Shown here piece after piece: positions 43,637 through 53,835 of a DNA stretch of 64,000 nt. Origin of the DNA: an uncultured Gemmatimonadales bacterium (GTDB lineage Bacteria > Gemmatimonadota > Gemmatimonadetes > Gemmatimonadales > GWC2-71-9); assembly GCA_963695555.1 (NCBI GenBank), contig CAVOGR010000001.1, forward strand, positions 608,001 through 672,000, given 5' to 3'. The position numbers were made by a program, and so were the translations under genes. A model generated the notes under the pieces. The model worked only from the letters and a program-made list of their open reading frames with translations, made no database searches and was not told where the DNA came from. Positions within the stretch are counted from its first letter, which is position 1. Each line of letters starts with the position of its first letter.

Positions 43637-44640
43637 GACGGCTCCGGCCGCTTGGTGCGCGCCCCGAAGGGACGTGGCTGGGTCGCACGATTGATGAACG
43701 GCACCATCGCGTTCATGAGCAGAATCGCGTACATGACGCCTTCGGCCAACCCACCCCAATACCGGATGACCACGACCAGGAGCCCGATCCCGACCCCGAA
43801 TATCCAGCATCCGGCGTTCGTCACGGGAGATGTGACCATATCGGTGGCCATGTACACCGCACCCAACATGAGGCCGCCGGAAAAGAGCATGGCCATCGCA
43901 CCGGCGTACCGCACCCCGTCGATGGTGTGGAGAAGCGCGGCAAAGAGGGCCACGGTGAGGAAGATGCTCGCAGGGATCCGCCAGTTGAGGTGCTTGCGGA
44001 GCGCCAGATAGGCGCCGGCCAGCAGAATCACGACGCCGGACGTTTCACCCAGCGATCCACCGGTGGCTCCGATCATCAGGTCCCAGAGGCCGGTGGGCGT
44101 CTGCTCGAACTTCATGAGGCCGAGCGGTGTTGCGCCGGTCAAGGCATCGACGACGCGGGGACTCGCGAACGGCAGGGCCAGGTTGTCTCCCCGGAACTGC
44201 CACCACGACTGGGGGGCGATCGGCCAGGTCGTGAGCGCAACCGGGAAGGCCGCTTGCAGGAAGGCGCGCCCGAGGAGTGCCGGATTGAAGACGTTTTGCC
44301 CCAGGCCCCCGAAGATCAACTTGCCGAACGCGATCGCGAAGGCGCCGCCGACAAATGCCATCCAGACGGGTAAGCCCGCGGGAAGCGAGAGCCCGAGCAG
44401 GAGACCCGTGATCGTGGCCGAGCCGTCGCCGATGGCGCCCCGTTGACCGAAGATCCGCTCCGTCACGAGGGCACCTGCCGTGGCGCCAACCAGCACCAGC
44501 AGGACGCTCGGTCCGAAATAGTAGGTGGCGATGGCAATGACCGGGACGAGGCTCCCGACTACCGACCACATGATCGTCGGCGTGCTATCGCGCCCGGAGA
44601 TATGGGGCGACGCCGCGATGAGAAGTCGGGGCGTCGTCAT
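43633..44640 (-). CDS. rnfD: Rnf complex subunit D
   Basis: SPH, FGGLGQNVFNPA, DALTGATPL (FMN-Thr), GSLGETS, MATDMVTSP. Confidence 0.94.
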   Translation of the reverse strand: MTTPRLLIAASPHISGRDSTPTIMWSVVGSLVPVIAIATYYFGPSVLLVLVGATAGALVTERIFGQRGAIGDGSATITGLLLGLSLPAGLPVWMAFVGGAFAIAFGKLIFGGLGQNVFNPALLGRAFLQAAFPVALTTWPIAPQSWWQFRGDNLALPFASPRVVDALTGATPLGLMKFEQTPTGLWDLMIGATGGSLGETSGVVILLAGAYLALRKHLNWRIPASIFLTVALFAALLHTIDGVRYAGAMAMLFSGGLMLGAVYMATDMVTSPVTNAGCWIFGVGIGLLVVVIRYWGGLAEGVMYAILLMNAMVPFINRATQPRPFGARTKRPEPS

Positions 44641-45962
44641 GCAACGGCCTTCTGCTTGCGCAGCGCGAGCTTGGACGCCTGGAACAGTTGAGAGAGGGGA
44701 ATGTTCGACGGGCAGGTATAGCTGCAGCAGCCGCAGAGCATGCAATCGGCCAGCCGGTTCGCCTCCATGTCCTCGTACCGCTCGACCATCGCCAAATTGC
44801 CGAGCAGTTGCGGATTGAGATACACCGGGCAGGCATCGACGCAATGGCCGCAGCGGATGCACGGGTAGGTGGCCACCGGGCGGCAGTCCGACTCGGTCAA
44901 GACCACCACGCCGGTGGTGCCCTTGAGGACGGGGGCGTCGAGGTCGGCGACGGCCGCCCCCATCATGGGCCCGCCAAAGACGACTTCCTTCGCGTCGGGG
45001 GTGAGTCCGCCGCAGGCGTCCAGGAGGTCGCGGGTCTTCATTCCCACCGGCACGATCAGATTGGCCGGCTCCATGACGCCGTGGCCGGTCACGGTGACGA
45101 TGCGCTCGATCAACGGGAGTCCCGTTTCGAACACCTCGGCGATGGTCGCGACAGAAGCGACATTCTGGACCACGGCACCGACGTGCATTGGGAGCTTGCC
45201 CGACGGGACCTCCCGGTCGAGCAGGGACTTGATCAGCATCTTCTCCGCGCCCTGCGGATACTTGACCGTGAGCGGGTGGACGGAAATATCGAGGTCGCGC
45301 GGCCGCGCGGCCTCGATGGCCGCGATCGCATCCGGCTTGTTCTTCTCGATGCCGATCATGGCACGCTCGACCCCGAGGCACCGCATCATGATCCGGATGC
45401 CGAGGTGGACCCGATCGGGGTACTCCGCCATGGTCCGGTGATCGGTGGTCAGATACGGCTCACACTCGCAGCCGTTGATCACCAACACGTCGATCGGCTG
45501 ATCTTTCGGCGGGGTAAGCTTGACGTGAGTCGGAAACGCGGCTCCACCCAGACCCACGACGCCGGCGTCTTGGACGGCGCGTACCAACTGCTCGGCTGTG
45601 AGGCCTCGCCAGTCCGGGATGATGCGCGGACGCGGCGCTTGGGCGGAGAACCGCTCCACGGTGATGCGCACGGCCGTGGCGTAGGAACCATCCGGGTGCG
45701 GCCAGAGGTCGATGTCCCGCACGACGCCCGTGGCCGAGGCATGGACCGGCGCCGAGATATACCCGTCCGCCTCCCCGATCTTATCGCCACGCTCCACCCG
45801 ATCACCGGGGCGAACGATGACCTTCGCCGGCTTGCCGGTGTGCTGACGAAGCGGAAGGATGACCTCCTCGGGGAAGGGCACCCGCCGGATGCGAATGCTT
45901 CCGGTAAGCTCCTTCAGGTCAGGCGGATGGACCCCATGGCGGAACTTGAGTTGGTACGGCAT
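44637..45962 (-). CDS. rnfC: Rnf complex subunit C
   Basis: GVVGLGGAAFPTHVK, NGCECEPYLTTD, YPQGAEK, GGPMMG, two CxxCxxCxxxCP motifs. Confidence 0.95.
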   Translation of the reverse strand: MPYQLKFRHGVHPPDLKELTGSIRIRRVPFPEEVILPLRQHTGKPAKVIVRPGDRVERGDKIGEADGYISAPVHASATGVVRDIDLWPHPDGSYATAVRITVERFSAQAPRPRIIPDWRGLTAEQLVRAVQDAGVVGLGGAAFPTHVKLTPPKDQPIDVLVINGCECEPYLTTDHRTMAEYPDRVHLGIRIMMRCLGVERAMIGIEKNKPDAIAAIEAARPRDLDISVHPLTVKYPQGAEKMLIKSLLDREVPSGKLPMHVGAVVQNVASVATIAEVFETGLPLIERIVTVTGHGVMEPANLIVPVGMKTRDLLDACGGLTPDAKEVVFGGPMMGAAVADLDAPVLKGTTGVVVLTESDCRPVATYPCIRCGHCVDACPVYLNPQLLGNLAMVERYEDMEANRLADCMLCGCCSYTCPSNIPLSQLFQASKLALRKQKAVA

Positions 45963-45969
45963 CAGGGCC

Positions 45970-48900
45970 TCACGCGAAAGGCTCGGCCCGCTTCATCCAC
46001 TTCGCGAGGTCTTTCTCCTTTGGGTTGAGCGGCGTGCCCGGGTGAATGATCTGTACCGGACACTTCTCTGCGGCCATGACCAGCTCCTTGAACGTGCCGG
46101 CCTTCGGATCCTTGATGTATGCCTGCTTCTTGTCGTTGTAGGCGAACATACGCTTGTTCATGTTGGTGCACTCGTCGCACGTGGTGCACCGCGCCGAGTC
46201 GATCCACGGCCCCAGCACCAGGCCCTCTTCTTCCTCTTCCTCCACGGCGGCCGGCGCGGCCGCCGAAGCCGGAGCTACGGCGACCGGGGCGGCTGCGGCA
46301 GTGGCGCTCGCCGCCGGTGCGGCCCGCAGGTCACTCTCACCGGGTTCGAGGCGCAATGGTGCCAAGCCGGGTTGGGACTGGACTTGTGCCAAGAGATCCG
46401 CCACGGTCCGCTGGCCGTTGCCCGCCCGGACCAGGCCCTCCGCCATGCGCCGTGCGATGACCCGCGGATACCGGGTCTTGAGGTCGGCGATCTTCGCTTC
46501 GTACTCTGCGCGAAGGGCCTCGACTTTCGCGGCGAATTCCTGTTCCACCGATTCCTCGACTAAGCCTCGCACCTCCTCCGTCGCCTCGAGCCCGGCCAGC
46601 TGCTTGAGTTGGGACCAGACTTCGAGACGGTCCTCCGCCAGCCGGACGATCTCATTCGAGGCGACGAGCCGGCCCAGCCGGTTGCCGTCCTGGTGGACAT
46701 AAATGAATGGGGTGTGACCCTCCCGTTCTTCCGGGGCCAGCTCCAGATACTCATGGAAGGGCACATACTCCCCTTCGGCATCCCGAGCCAACGGGCTGAA
46801 GTGTTTCTTGAACCTCGTTTCGGTGGCGGCCCAGTCGGCGATGGTCAGCGGCAGCGTCATGACTGCTTCGTTGCCATCCTCGTCCTGGTACTTGAGGTCG
46901 TACTCCGGCCAGGTGTCCCGGATCGATGGGTTGCCGTCGAGCGATAGCCGTTCGGGGAAGGATGTTCCCTGCGCCGGGTCGAACACCAAGACCGGGTAGG
47001 CCCGGGTCTCGAGCGCCAGCCTCGCCGCCTTGGTCGAGGCGTCGTCGCCGAGGCCATGCTCCGGCGGGCAGGGAGAGTGGAGCATGAACACCGAGGGATA
47101 ATGCGATTGGAGACCGCGGAGGACGCCGCCGATCAAGTGGGACGACGCCGCTTGCGACGACTGGAGCACGAAGACGTTGCGATGGGCCATCGCGATGAGC
47201 GACATCTCCTTGCGGGTCTCCTCCTTGCCGTGCTGTCCCTTTCCGAACGCGGCCATGTCGCTGACCTGCCCGAGGAACCCGCTGGTGCAGGCCTGTCCGC
47301 CGGTGTTGGAGTAGACCTGGGTATCGAGCACCACGACCCGGATCGGCTTGCCGGACGCCAGGAGCCGGGACAGGTTTTGGAATCCGATGTCGAGCATGGC
47401 GCCGTCGCCGCCCAAGGCGATGATCGGCGGACACATATCGAACTCATCCTCGTTGAACTGGCGCCATTCGAACCGGGTGAACTCCCGCTCGTGCTCGGCG
47501 GGGTCATATTGGTCGGCCAGCTCGAGCTCCGCGCGGCGCACCGCGACGAACCCATCGGCCATCTTCCGCATGTGCGCTTCGAACACTCCGATGGCGATCG
47601 AGGGCGCATCCTGGAAGAGGTGGTTGACCCATGGGAACGGATACGGATTGTACGGATACGTACTGCCCCAGACCGAGGAACAGCCGGTGGAGTTGGCCAT
47701 TCCCACCGTGGCCCGTCCCTTGCCGCTGGGCCCCTCGGTGTAGCGCCACCTCAGGTCCTTGAGATCGCGGAGCATGCGGGAGATCCGCTCTACCACGGCC
47801 TTCTTCTCACCCTGAAGCGGGATGTCTCCGCCGTCGAGAATCCGTGCCACGCCGTCCAGATCGACCTCCGACGCGAGAATGCCGCGTGCCTTGGCGTCGA
47901 GCTGGGCAATTAGCCCGTCCAGCCGTTCCACGTAGCGTTTCACCCGCGGCAGCATGAGCGCGTTGACGGCCGAGAGGACCAAGTGCACCACGGTCTTCTC
48001 GCCGCAGCCCATGCAGGCGCCGTCGCCACCCGCCATGGATCGGTAGTTGCTCTGCTTGAGCAAGAGCGATGACAAGACGCCGATGCCCTCTTCGAGACTC
48101 GCGATGTTGACGTAGCGATCGTTGGTCTCGGGCAGGTGCTGCCAGACCTTCCACGTGCGCCGCAGCTGATCGACGACTTCTTCGTCTTGCTTGATGGTGA
48201 TCAATGCCTGATCGGGGCACACTTCGACGCAGAGGTTACAGCCCTTGCATGCCTCCGGATTCACAGTGATCGAGAGCAACCCGCCGGTTCCCTTTTCCTT
48301 GGACTCCGGCAGATCGAAGAACGGTCCGGTCTTGGCCAAGGGGAATTCGACTAAGGCTGAGTAGACCGGCGCGAATTCATCATCGAGCTCGCGGCGGCGC
48401 TCCGGTGACAGGTTGAGCTTGTCCGTCACGGTCCGGTATGCGGTCGACAGCACATCGGAAAAGCTGGTCAAGGACACACCCTTGAGAATGCGACGTGACT
48501 CCATGGAAAGCGGCTTCACGATCTGGCGCAGCCGATCGAACGTCCGGCCGTTGGAGACGCTCGCAATCGCGGCGTGAATAACCTCATCGATTTCGCTCAC
48601 CACACCCGGGATGGCCGCATCGGGGCATTGGGTCCAACACTGGGCGCAGCCGGTGCACTTGTCCGCTATGAACTTGGGCACTTCGAACCGGATGTCGGTC
48701 ATATCGCGGATTGTGCTGGTAGCGGCCGGAATAGCGCTCATGGCCGCGAAGGGATCAGCGATCCCGTCGTCACCCGTCTTATAGAGGGCGCACACCTGTT
48801 CCCAGAACCTGCCCGGGTTGCCCATGCCGGGCCGTACGTTGGTGCCGTCGAGAATGGCCGGCATGACGGGCGGGGCACCAACTTCGCCTTCAGCCACTGA

Positions 48901-51009
48901 GAAAGCGGCGGTGTCCAGCGTCTGGACTTCATCGAAGCCGCGCCGGATGACGCGCAAATTGTCCTCCACCACCCGCTTGCCTCGGCTGCCGAACTTCTTG
49001 GACATCTGCGCGCGAATGCCGTCGAACAGCTTGACTTCATCCAGCCCTTCGCGCTCGATGAGTCCGGAGACCCGGAAGAACGCCCCCATGAACGCGGCAC
49101 CCTGCATGCGGTACCGGAGATCGGGGTCGGATGCCTCTTCCATGGCGATCTTGAACGCATCGAGGAAGTGCACCCGGATGCCGCGGTCTTTGATCGCCTT
49201 GTGGCCGGTGGCCGGGAGACTGGCCCAAAACTCCTCCGGAGACCGGTCGGTTTGGATCACGAAGACGCCGCCCTCGGCGAGCCCCGCGAGGGGATCGGAA
49301 TGGCGGAACACGTTGGGATCGGGTGAGAGCACGACGTTCACATTCTTGAGCTCGCAGTTGAGCCTGATGGGCTCCTTGGCGAGCACCGCATAGAACGTGG
49401 TCGGCTGGCCCTTCTTTTCCGACCCGTACTTGGGGTTGGCCTTGATGTACATGCCTAGGAGTTCCGAGGCCGTCATGGCGACGTTCTTCCCCATCGTGAT
49501 CGCCCCCCAGCCACCCACGGAATGGATGCGAATGGCGGTGGATCCTTTGGGGAGGAGGTTGACGCCGTCCGCCGGTGGGAGCGACAGCTCCACCAGCTTG
49601 GGGTAGGTCTCCAAAAGTTCCTGCTGCCAGATCTCAAGCTTGGGCAGTCGGGTTCCCTGCCGGATGAAGTCGATCCCGAGATAGAACTGCCGCCGGTTCG
49701 CTCCTCCAGGCAGCATGTTCTCGACCGCCGCGATGAGATCGTGCGGTTGGAGATCGCGGCTGCCGAGTCCGAAACACCCCGCGTAGAAGGCCGGTACCTC
49801 GGACGGGCCGCATGCGGCTAGGCCCGGGAACGGGGCCGAACCGTTGCCCCGCGAATTTTCCGCGGCCTTGCTCATCGCCGCACGGATCTCACGGAGAATT
49901 GGTGGATCGACCGCGAGCGGCTGGTCCAGCCGCTCGAGCACCGTCACGGCCCGCTTGCCCTTGAGCAAGTGGGTGATGACATCCGCGGGGAAGGGCCTGA
50001 ACATCGTCACGTTCAGGATGCCGATCTTGAGTCCGCGGGTCTCGCGCAGATAGTCGCACACCGCCTCGGCGTTGGGCACCACCGAGCCCTGCCCGGCGAT
50101 GACGAACTCGGCGTCATCCAACCGATAGCCCGAGGCCCGCGCGTATTGCCGGCCCGTCAAGGCGGCGTATTCCGCGAAGACCTGGTCGGTAAGCGCCAGC
50201 AGGTGGTCGAAATAGAACGGACGTTGGGCCGCGACACCTTGCTGGTAGCTGTCCTGATTCTGCACGACGCCCGTCATGGTCGGGTAGTCGAGATCGAAGA
50301 TTTCGGGAATCCGGCGACGGCGGTCACCGAAGACGTATCGCTGCGCCGGCGTGGGAGACTCGATCATGTCGGAGGGGTCGCCAAGGAACTCCTTGACGAG
50401 CTCGCGCTCCGGCATGAGGACGGATTCGATGACGTGGCTGGTGAGGAACCCGTCTTGGGCGCAGATGCCGGGATTGAGCGACAGCTCGGCGACCTTGTGG
50501 GCAATCAGGTTCAGATCGGCCGCCTCTTGCGCGTCCTTGGCGAAGAGCTGGAAGAACCCGGTATCGTCCACCGCGTGATAGTCGTCGTGCCCCGCGTGCA
50601 CGTTGAGCGCGTGCTTGGTCATGGCCCGTGCGGCGATGTTCAGCACGTAGGTCAAGCGCTTCCCGACCGCGGCGTACAGCGACTCGTGCATGTACGCGAT
50701 GCCCTGGCCGCTGGAGAAGTTGGTGGCGCGGAGTCCTGCCATGCTCATTCCGGCAGTGACCGCGGCCGCGGCGTGTTCACCTTCGGGCTCGAAGAAGATG
50801 AGCCGTCGGCCGTTGACGTTGGTCTTGCCCTCGGCCACGGCAGCCGCCCAGCCTTCGCCCATCTGGGTCGACGGGGTGATCGGATACGCTCCGGCTCCTT
50901 CGCTGGCCGCCGTTTCCATCTCGACAATGGAGCTGGTGCCGTCGACCGCCGTGGGAATGCCGGGGTACTTCGGTGAAGCAGTCGGGGGAGTCTTCTTCTT
51001 GAAAATCAC
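45970..51009 (-). CDS. Single-chain pyruvate:ferredoxin/flavodoxin oxidoreductase (NifJ-like) with fused C-terminal ferredoxin
   Basis: YPITPS, two CxxCxxCxxxCP motifs, GACMGCGE, NSTGCSS, GGDGA...DTQVYSNTGGQ TPP motif; C-terminal CTTCDEC...CP domain. Confidence 0.92.
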   Translation of the reverse strand: MIFKKKTPPTASPKYPGIPTAVDGTSSIVEMETAASEGAGAYPITPSTQMGEGWAAAVAEGKTNVNGRRLIFFEPEGEHAAAAVTAGMSMAGLRATNFSSGQGIAYMHESLYAAVGKRLTYVLNIAARAMTKHALNVHAGHDDYHAVDDTGFFQLFAKDAQEAADLNLIAHKVAELSLNPGICAQDGFLTSHVIESVLMPERELVKEFLGDPSDMIESPTPAQRYVFGDRRRRIPEIFDLDYPTMTGVVQNQDSYQQGVAAQRPFYFDHLLALTDQVFAEYAALTGRQYARASGYRLDDAEFVIAGQGSVVPNAEAVCDYLRETRGLKIGILNVTMFRPFPADVITHLLKGKRAVTVLERLDQPLAVDPPILREIRAAMSKAAENSRGNGSAPFPGLAACGPSEVPAFYAGCFGLGSRDLQPHDLIAAVENMLPGGANRRQFYLGIDFIRQGTRLPKLEIWQQELLETYPKLVELSLPPADGVNLLPKGSTAIRIHSVGGWGAITMGKNVAMTASELLGMYIKANPKYGSEKKGQPTTFYAVLAKEPIRLNCELKNVNVVLSPDPNVFRHSDPLAGLAEGGVFVIQTDRSPEEFWASLPATGHKAIKDRGIRVHFLDAFKIAMEEASDPDLRYRMQGAAFMGAFFRVSGLIEREGLDEVKLFDGIRAQMSKKFGSRGKRVVEDNLRVIRRGFDEVQTLDTAAFSVAEGEVGAPPVMPAILDGTNVRPGMGNPGRFWEQVCALYKTGDDGIADPFAAMSAIPAATSTIRDMTDIRFEVPKFIADKCTGCAQCWTQCPDAAIPGVVSEIDEVIHAAIASVSNGRTFDRLRQIVKPLSMESRRILKGVSLTSFSDVLSTAYRTVTDKLNLSPERRRELDDEFAPVYSALVEFPLAKTGPFFDLPESKEKGTGGLLSITVNPEACKGCNLCVEVCPDQALITIKQDEEVVDQLRRTWKVWQHLPETNDRYVNIASLEEGIGVLSSLLLKQSNYRSMAGGDGACMGCGEKTVVHLVLSAVNALMLPRVKRYVERLDGLIAQLDAKARGILASEVDLDGVARILDGGDIPLQGEKKAVVERISRMLRDLKDLRWRYTEGPSGKGRATVGMANSTGCSSVWGSTYPYNPYPFPWVNHLFQDAPSIAIGVFEAHMRKMADGFVAVRRAELELADQYDPAEHEREFTRFEWRQFNEDEFDMCPPIIALGGDGAMLDIGFQNLSRLLASGKPIRVVVLDTQVYSNTGGQACTSGFLGQVSDMAAFGKGQHGKEETRKEMSLIAMAHRNVFVLQSSQAASSHLIGGVLRGLQSHYPSVFMLHSPCPPEHGLGDDASTKAARLALETRAYPVLVFDPAQGTSFPERLSLDGNPSIRDTWPEYDLKYQDEDGNEAVMTLPLTIADWAATETRFKKHFSPLARDAEGEYVPFHEYLELAPEEREGHTPFIYVHQDGNRLGRLVASNEIVRLAEDRLEVWSQLKQLAGLEATEEVRGLVEESVEQEFAAKVEALRAEYEAKIADLKTRYPRVIARRMAEGLVRAGNGQRTVADLLAQVQSQPGLAPLRLEPGESDLRAAPAASATAAAAPVAVAPASAAAPAAVEEEEEEGLVLGPWIDSARCTTCDECTNMNKRMFAYNDKKQAYIKDPKAGTFKELVMAAEKCPVQIIHPGTPLNPKEKDLAKWMKRAEPFA

Positions 51010-51858
51010 GCGTATGCCCTCTCAGCTGTCGGGGTGCGCTCGAAGGTCTGAGCGCCGTCAACCCACACGATCGCACCCGTGGGACACCGTGCCGTCGCCT
51101 GCAGGAGTGGCGAGGCTGTTCTTAGAATAGTCGATGACGGCCAAGCCGTTCACCATCGCGATCAGTCCGGGAGCCGCATCCAGCGCGCACTTGCCGCATC
51201 CCGTGCAGGCGACCTGGCAGACCGCTTCCGCCTCGTCGCCCTCGAGCAGGTTCTTGCATTGCACGATGAGCATCTGCTCGACGGGCATCAAGGTGAACAG
51301 GTCCTTCGGGCAGGCCTCCACGCAGTCGCCGCATGCCGTGCAGCGCTCCGGGATCACGACCGGAAGCTCCGCATCGTTCATATAGATCGCGTCGAAGTCG
51401 CACGCGATCTCACAGTCCGCGAGGCCGAGGCAGCCCCACGAGCAGCCCTTCCCGCCGCCAGCGACCGCCGCGGCCGCCTTGCAGGTCTGGAGCCCCCGGT
51501 ACTCGGCCTGCGGCGGGGCGACGTCGCAGCCGCCCGCGCACAGGAGCCGGGCCACCCGCTTGGTGGCCTCGCCCGCATCCACCCCCAGATAGGAAGCCAT
51601 GTCCGTTACCTGGTCGGGGCCCATCACGGTGCAGGTTGCCGGTTGGATCTGTCCGTCGATCAGGGCCTCGGCAAATGCCCGGCACCCCGCCTTTCCGCAG
51701 GCGCCGCAGTTGTTGCCCGGGAGCATGTCGGCCACCGCATTGATCCGGGGGTCTTCCCACACCCAGAACTTGCGGTTCGCAAGGGCGATGAGGGTGGCAA
51801 AGACCAAGCCGACTCCGCCCAGGATGGCGACCGAGACCAGTACCGTCGTAAGGTCCAT
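51006..51858 (-). CDS. rnfB: Rnf complex subunit B (one-base frameshift near 51100)
   Basis: TM, LPGNNCGACG..GC, polyferredoxin Cys; removing one base restores ...ATARCPTGAIVWV... ending in GTGA overlap with PFOR. Confidence 0.9.
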
Positions 51859-51869
51859 GGACGCTCCAG

Positions 51870-52892
51870 TCAGCTCACGTCGGTGAGATCGGCCTGCTGC
51901 AGAAGCCAGGCGGCGAGTTTGTCGACCGGATCGGCTGCGGTCTCCGGGGCTCCAGCCGGAAGGCCTCCGACCGAGGCGTCGCCGCGGGCCGGACCGCTGG
52001 GCTTGGCCGCTTCTGCCATGGCGGTCAACTGCCGAAGTTCCTCGGCCTGCTGACGCGGACTCAAGCCGCCCGTGGAGCGCGTCGGTTCCCGTGATGGTAC
52101 CGATCCGATCGAGAGCCGCTGCCACGGTGCCGCGCCCGCTGCCGGATCGTGGGTGAACACGGCCGCCGTTTCGGGCATGAGGGCCGCCACTCCCGGTCCG
52201 TCCCAGGCAGCGAAACGGTCTAGGCCGCTCACCACGTGCGTCTGCATCACAAAGGTGCCCGGCGTGATTAGACGGACCAGCGGGGCCGGGGGGGCCTCTC
52301 CCCGAACGACCAGGACGAGCTTCTGCGATCCATCCAGGAATTCCGCCACGCCGCCGGTCCGCAGATCGGCGCCGTCGACCGTGACCACCAGCGGCGGCGC
52401 TAGCGCACGCTCGCGCCGGCTCCACTCGGGGAACGCGAAGCCATCCAGGCTCGGCGCCCGCGTGGTGCGCGCCGCTCCTCCGGACCGGGCCTGATCGAAC
52501 GCGCGAGCAGCACCGAAGGCGCGTCCAATTTGTTCGAGCGCCTGGCCGACCGTCGCGGTGAGGTTCCCTCCCGACGGCACGTCCACGAGGAACAGGTCCC
52601 GATCGAGCGCCGCCAGATCGCGGATTGTGTCGCGGGCCTTCTGGATCGTCTTGAGGAGCCGCCCATCCAACGACGCGGTTGCGAACAGGGACGAAAACCG
52701 TTCGCCATCGATGCGGCTGCCGGCAAACGGCCCGAGCTCGACCGTCATGCGCTCCCGGGTCCCATTGGAATTCCCGCGGTTCGCGATGTAGTGGTCGACC
52801 TGGTCGGCTGTGGTTCCAAGGGCGGCAAGGAAGGCATCGCGCTGGCCCGCCAGGGCCTGGAAGACGAGGTCCACGCGGTCGTCAGACGGCAT
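51870..52892 (-). CDS. Uncharacterised protein resembling a degenerate PFOR TPP-binding (beta) domain
   Basis: Collinear motif similarity to the neighbouring PFOR C-terminal half (see findings); no Cys ligands. Confidence 0.7.
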   Translation of the reverse strand: MPSDDRVDLVFQALAGQRDAFLAALGTTADQVDHYIANRGNSNGTRERMTVELGPFAGSRIDGERFSSLFATASLDGRLLKTIQKARDTIRDLAALDRDLFLVDVPSGGNLTATVGQALEQIGRAFGAARAFDQARSGGAARTTRAPSLDGFAFPEWSRRERALAPPLVVTVDGADLRTGGVAEFLDGSQKLVLVVRGEAPPAPLVRLITPGTFVMQTHVVSGLDRFAAWDGPGVAALMPETAAVFTHDPAAGAAPWQRLSIGSVPSREPTRSTGGLSPRQQAEELRQLTAMAEAAKPSGPARGDASVGGLPAGAPETAADPVDKLAAWLLQQADLTDVS

Positions 52893-53835
52893 ATCGATCC
52901 AGCTCCGTGTTGAGCAACGCCAGCTTCTGTTCTGCGGACTGGAGGTGCTCGCGCCGCACCTCCTCGTACACCGGCAAGCTCGCATTCCGATAGAACATGC
53001 CGAGGCGCACCTTCCCGTCGACCTGGGCCAGGCGATGTGCCTCAGTCAGGTCGGAAGGGTCGTGGACGACATGGTTCTGGTAGAGCGCCTCGACGTCCGG
53101 GGCCACGATTCCGTTCGGATGTACGAGGAGTTCGACGTTCTTCGGGTCGCGGACGGCGTCCAAGAAGAGCGTCTCGGTGAACTTGGGACACCGCTGAAGG
53201 ATCCGAATGAAGGAAAAGCCGCGGTGGTGGAACCCCGCCGAGAGCGTTTGAAACAGATGCTCAGGAATCCAGTCACCGGTCTGGGCCACGAACGAGGCAT
53301 TGGTGACGCCAAGTGTTGTGGAGATCGGATTGAGGCCCGGGAGATAGGCACCCCTGGGCTGAGTATTACTGGGTTGCCCCTGCGGCGAGGTCGGCGACGT
53401 TTGGTTCTTGGTCAGGCCGTACACGCCATTGTCCAACATCAGCACGACCATGTCCGGGTTGTACCGGGTCGTGTGGATCCAGTGCCCGGCGCCGATGGAG
53501 CAGCAGTCCCCGTCACCCATGACCACAAAGACGTGGAGGTCGGGGCGACGGAGTTTCACACCCGTGGCGACGGGAAGCGCCCGGCCGTGCAGGCCGTGGA
53601 AGCCGTAGGTGTGGAGGTAGTGGGGGAAGCGGCTGGAACACCCGATGCCGGACACGAACACGGTGCGCTCGGGCGGCAGTTGCTCGGTTTCCAACAGGCG
53701 TTCGACCGCGGCGAGGACGGCGTGGTCTCCGCACCCAGGGCACCAGCGCGCCGTGGCTCCGGCATAGTCGTCCATAGTGAACGAACGATCGTCGTCCGTT
53801 CCGCACCCCAGCAGTGAGCAGCCCTCCTCGATCAT
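52882..53835 (-). CDS. 2-oxoacid:ferredoxin oxidoreductase beta subunit (KorB-like)
   Basis: WCPGCG, SGIGCSSR, HGR, GDGD...DNGVYGLTKNQ.SPT. Confidence 0.93.
   Translation of the reverse strand: MIEEGCSLLGCGTDDDRSFTMDDYAGATARWCPGCGDHAVLAAVERLLETEQLPPERTVFVSGIGCSSRFPHYLHTYGFHGLHGRALPVATGVKLRRPDLHVFVVMGDGDCCSIGAGHWIHTTRYNPDMVVLMLDNGVYGLTKNQTSPTSPQGQPSNTQPRGAYLPGLNPISTTLGVTNASFVAQTGDWIPEHLFQTLSAGFHHRGFSFIRILQRCPKFTETLFLDAVRDPKNVELLVHPNGIVAPDVEALYQNHVVHDPSDLTEAHRLAQVDGKVRLGMFYRNASLPVYEEVRREHLQSAEQKLALLNTELDRYAV

Noticed and set aside
40581..45962. Na+-NQR operon
   Set aside because: RnfC-type NADH/FMN subunit with two [4Fe-4S] motifs and a polyferredoxin RnfB are present; no NqrA or NqrF.
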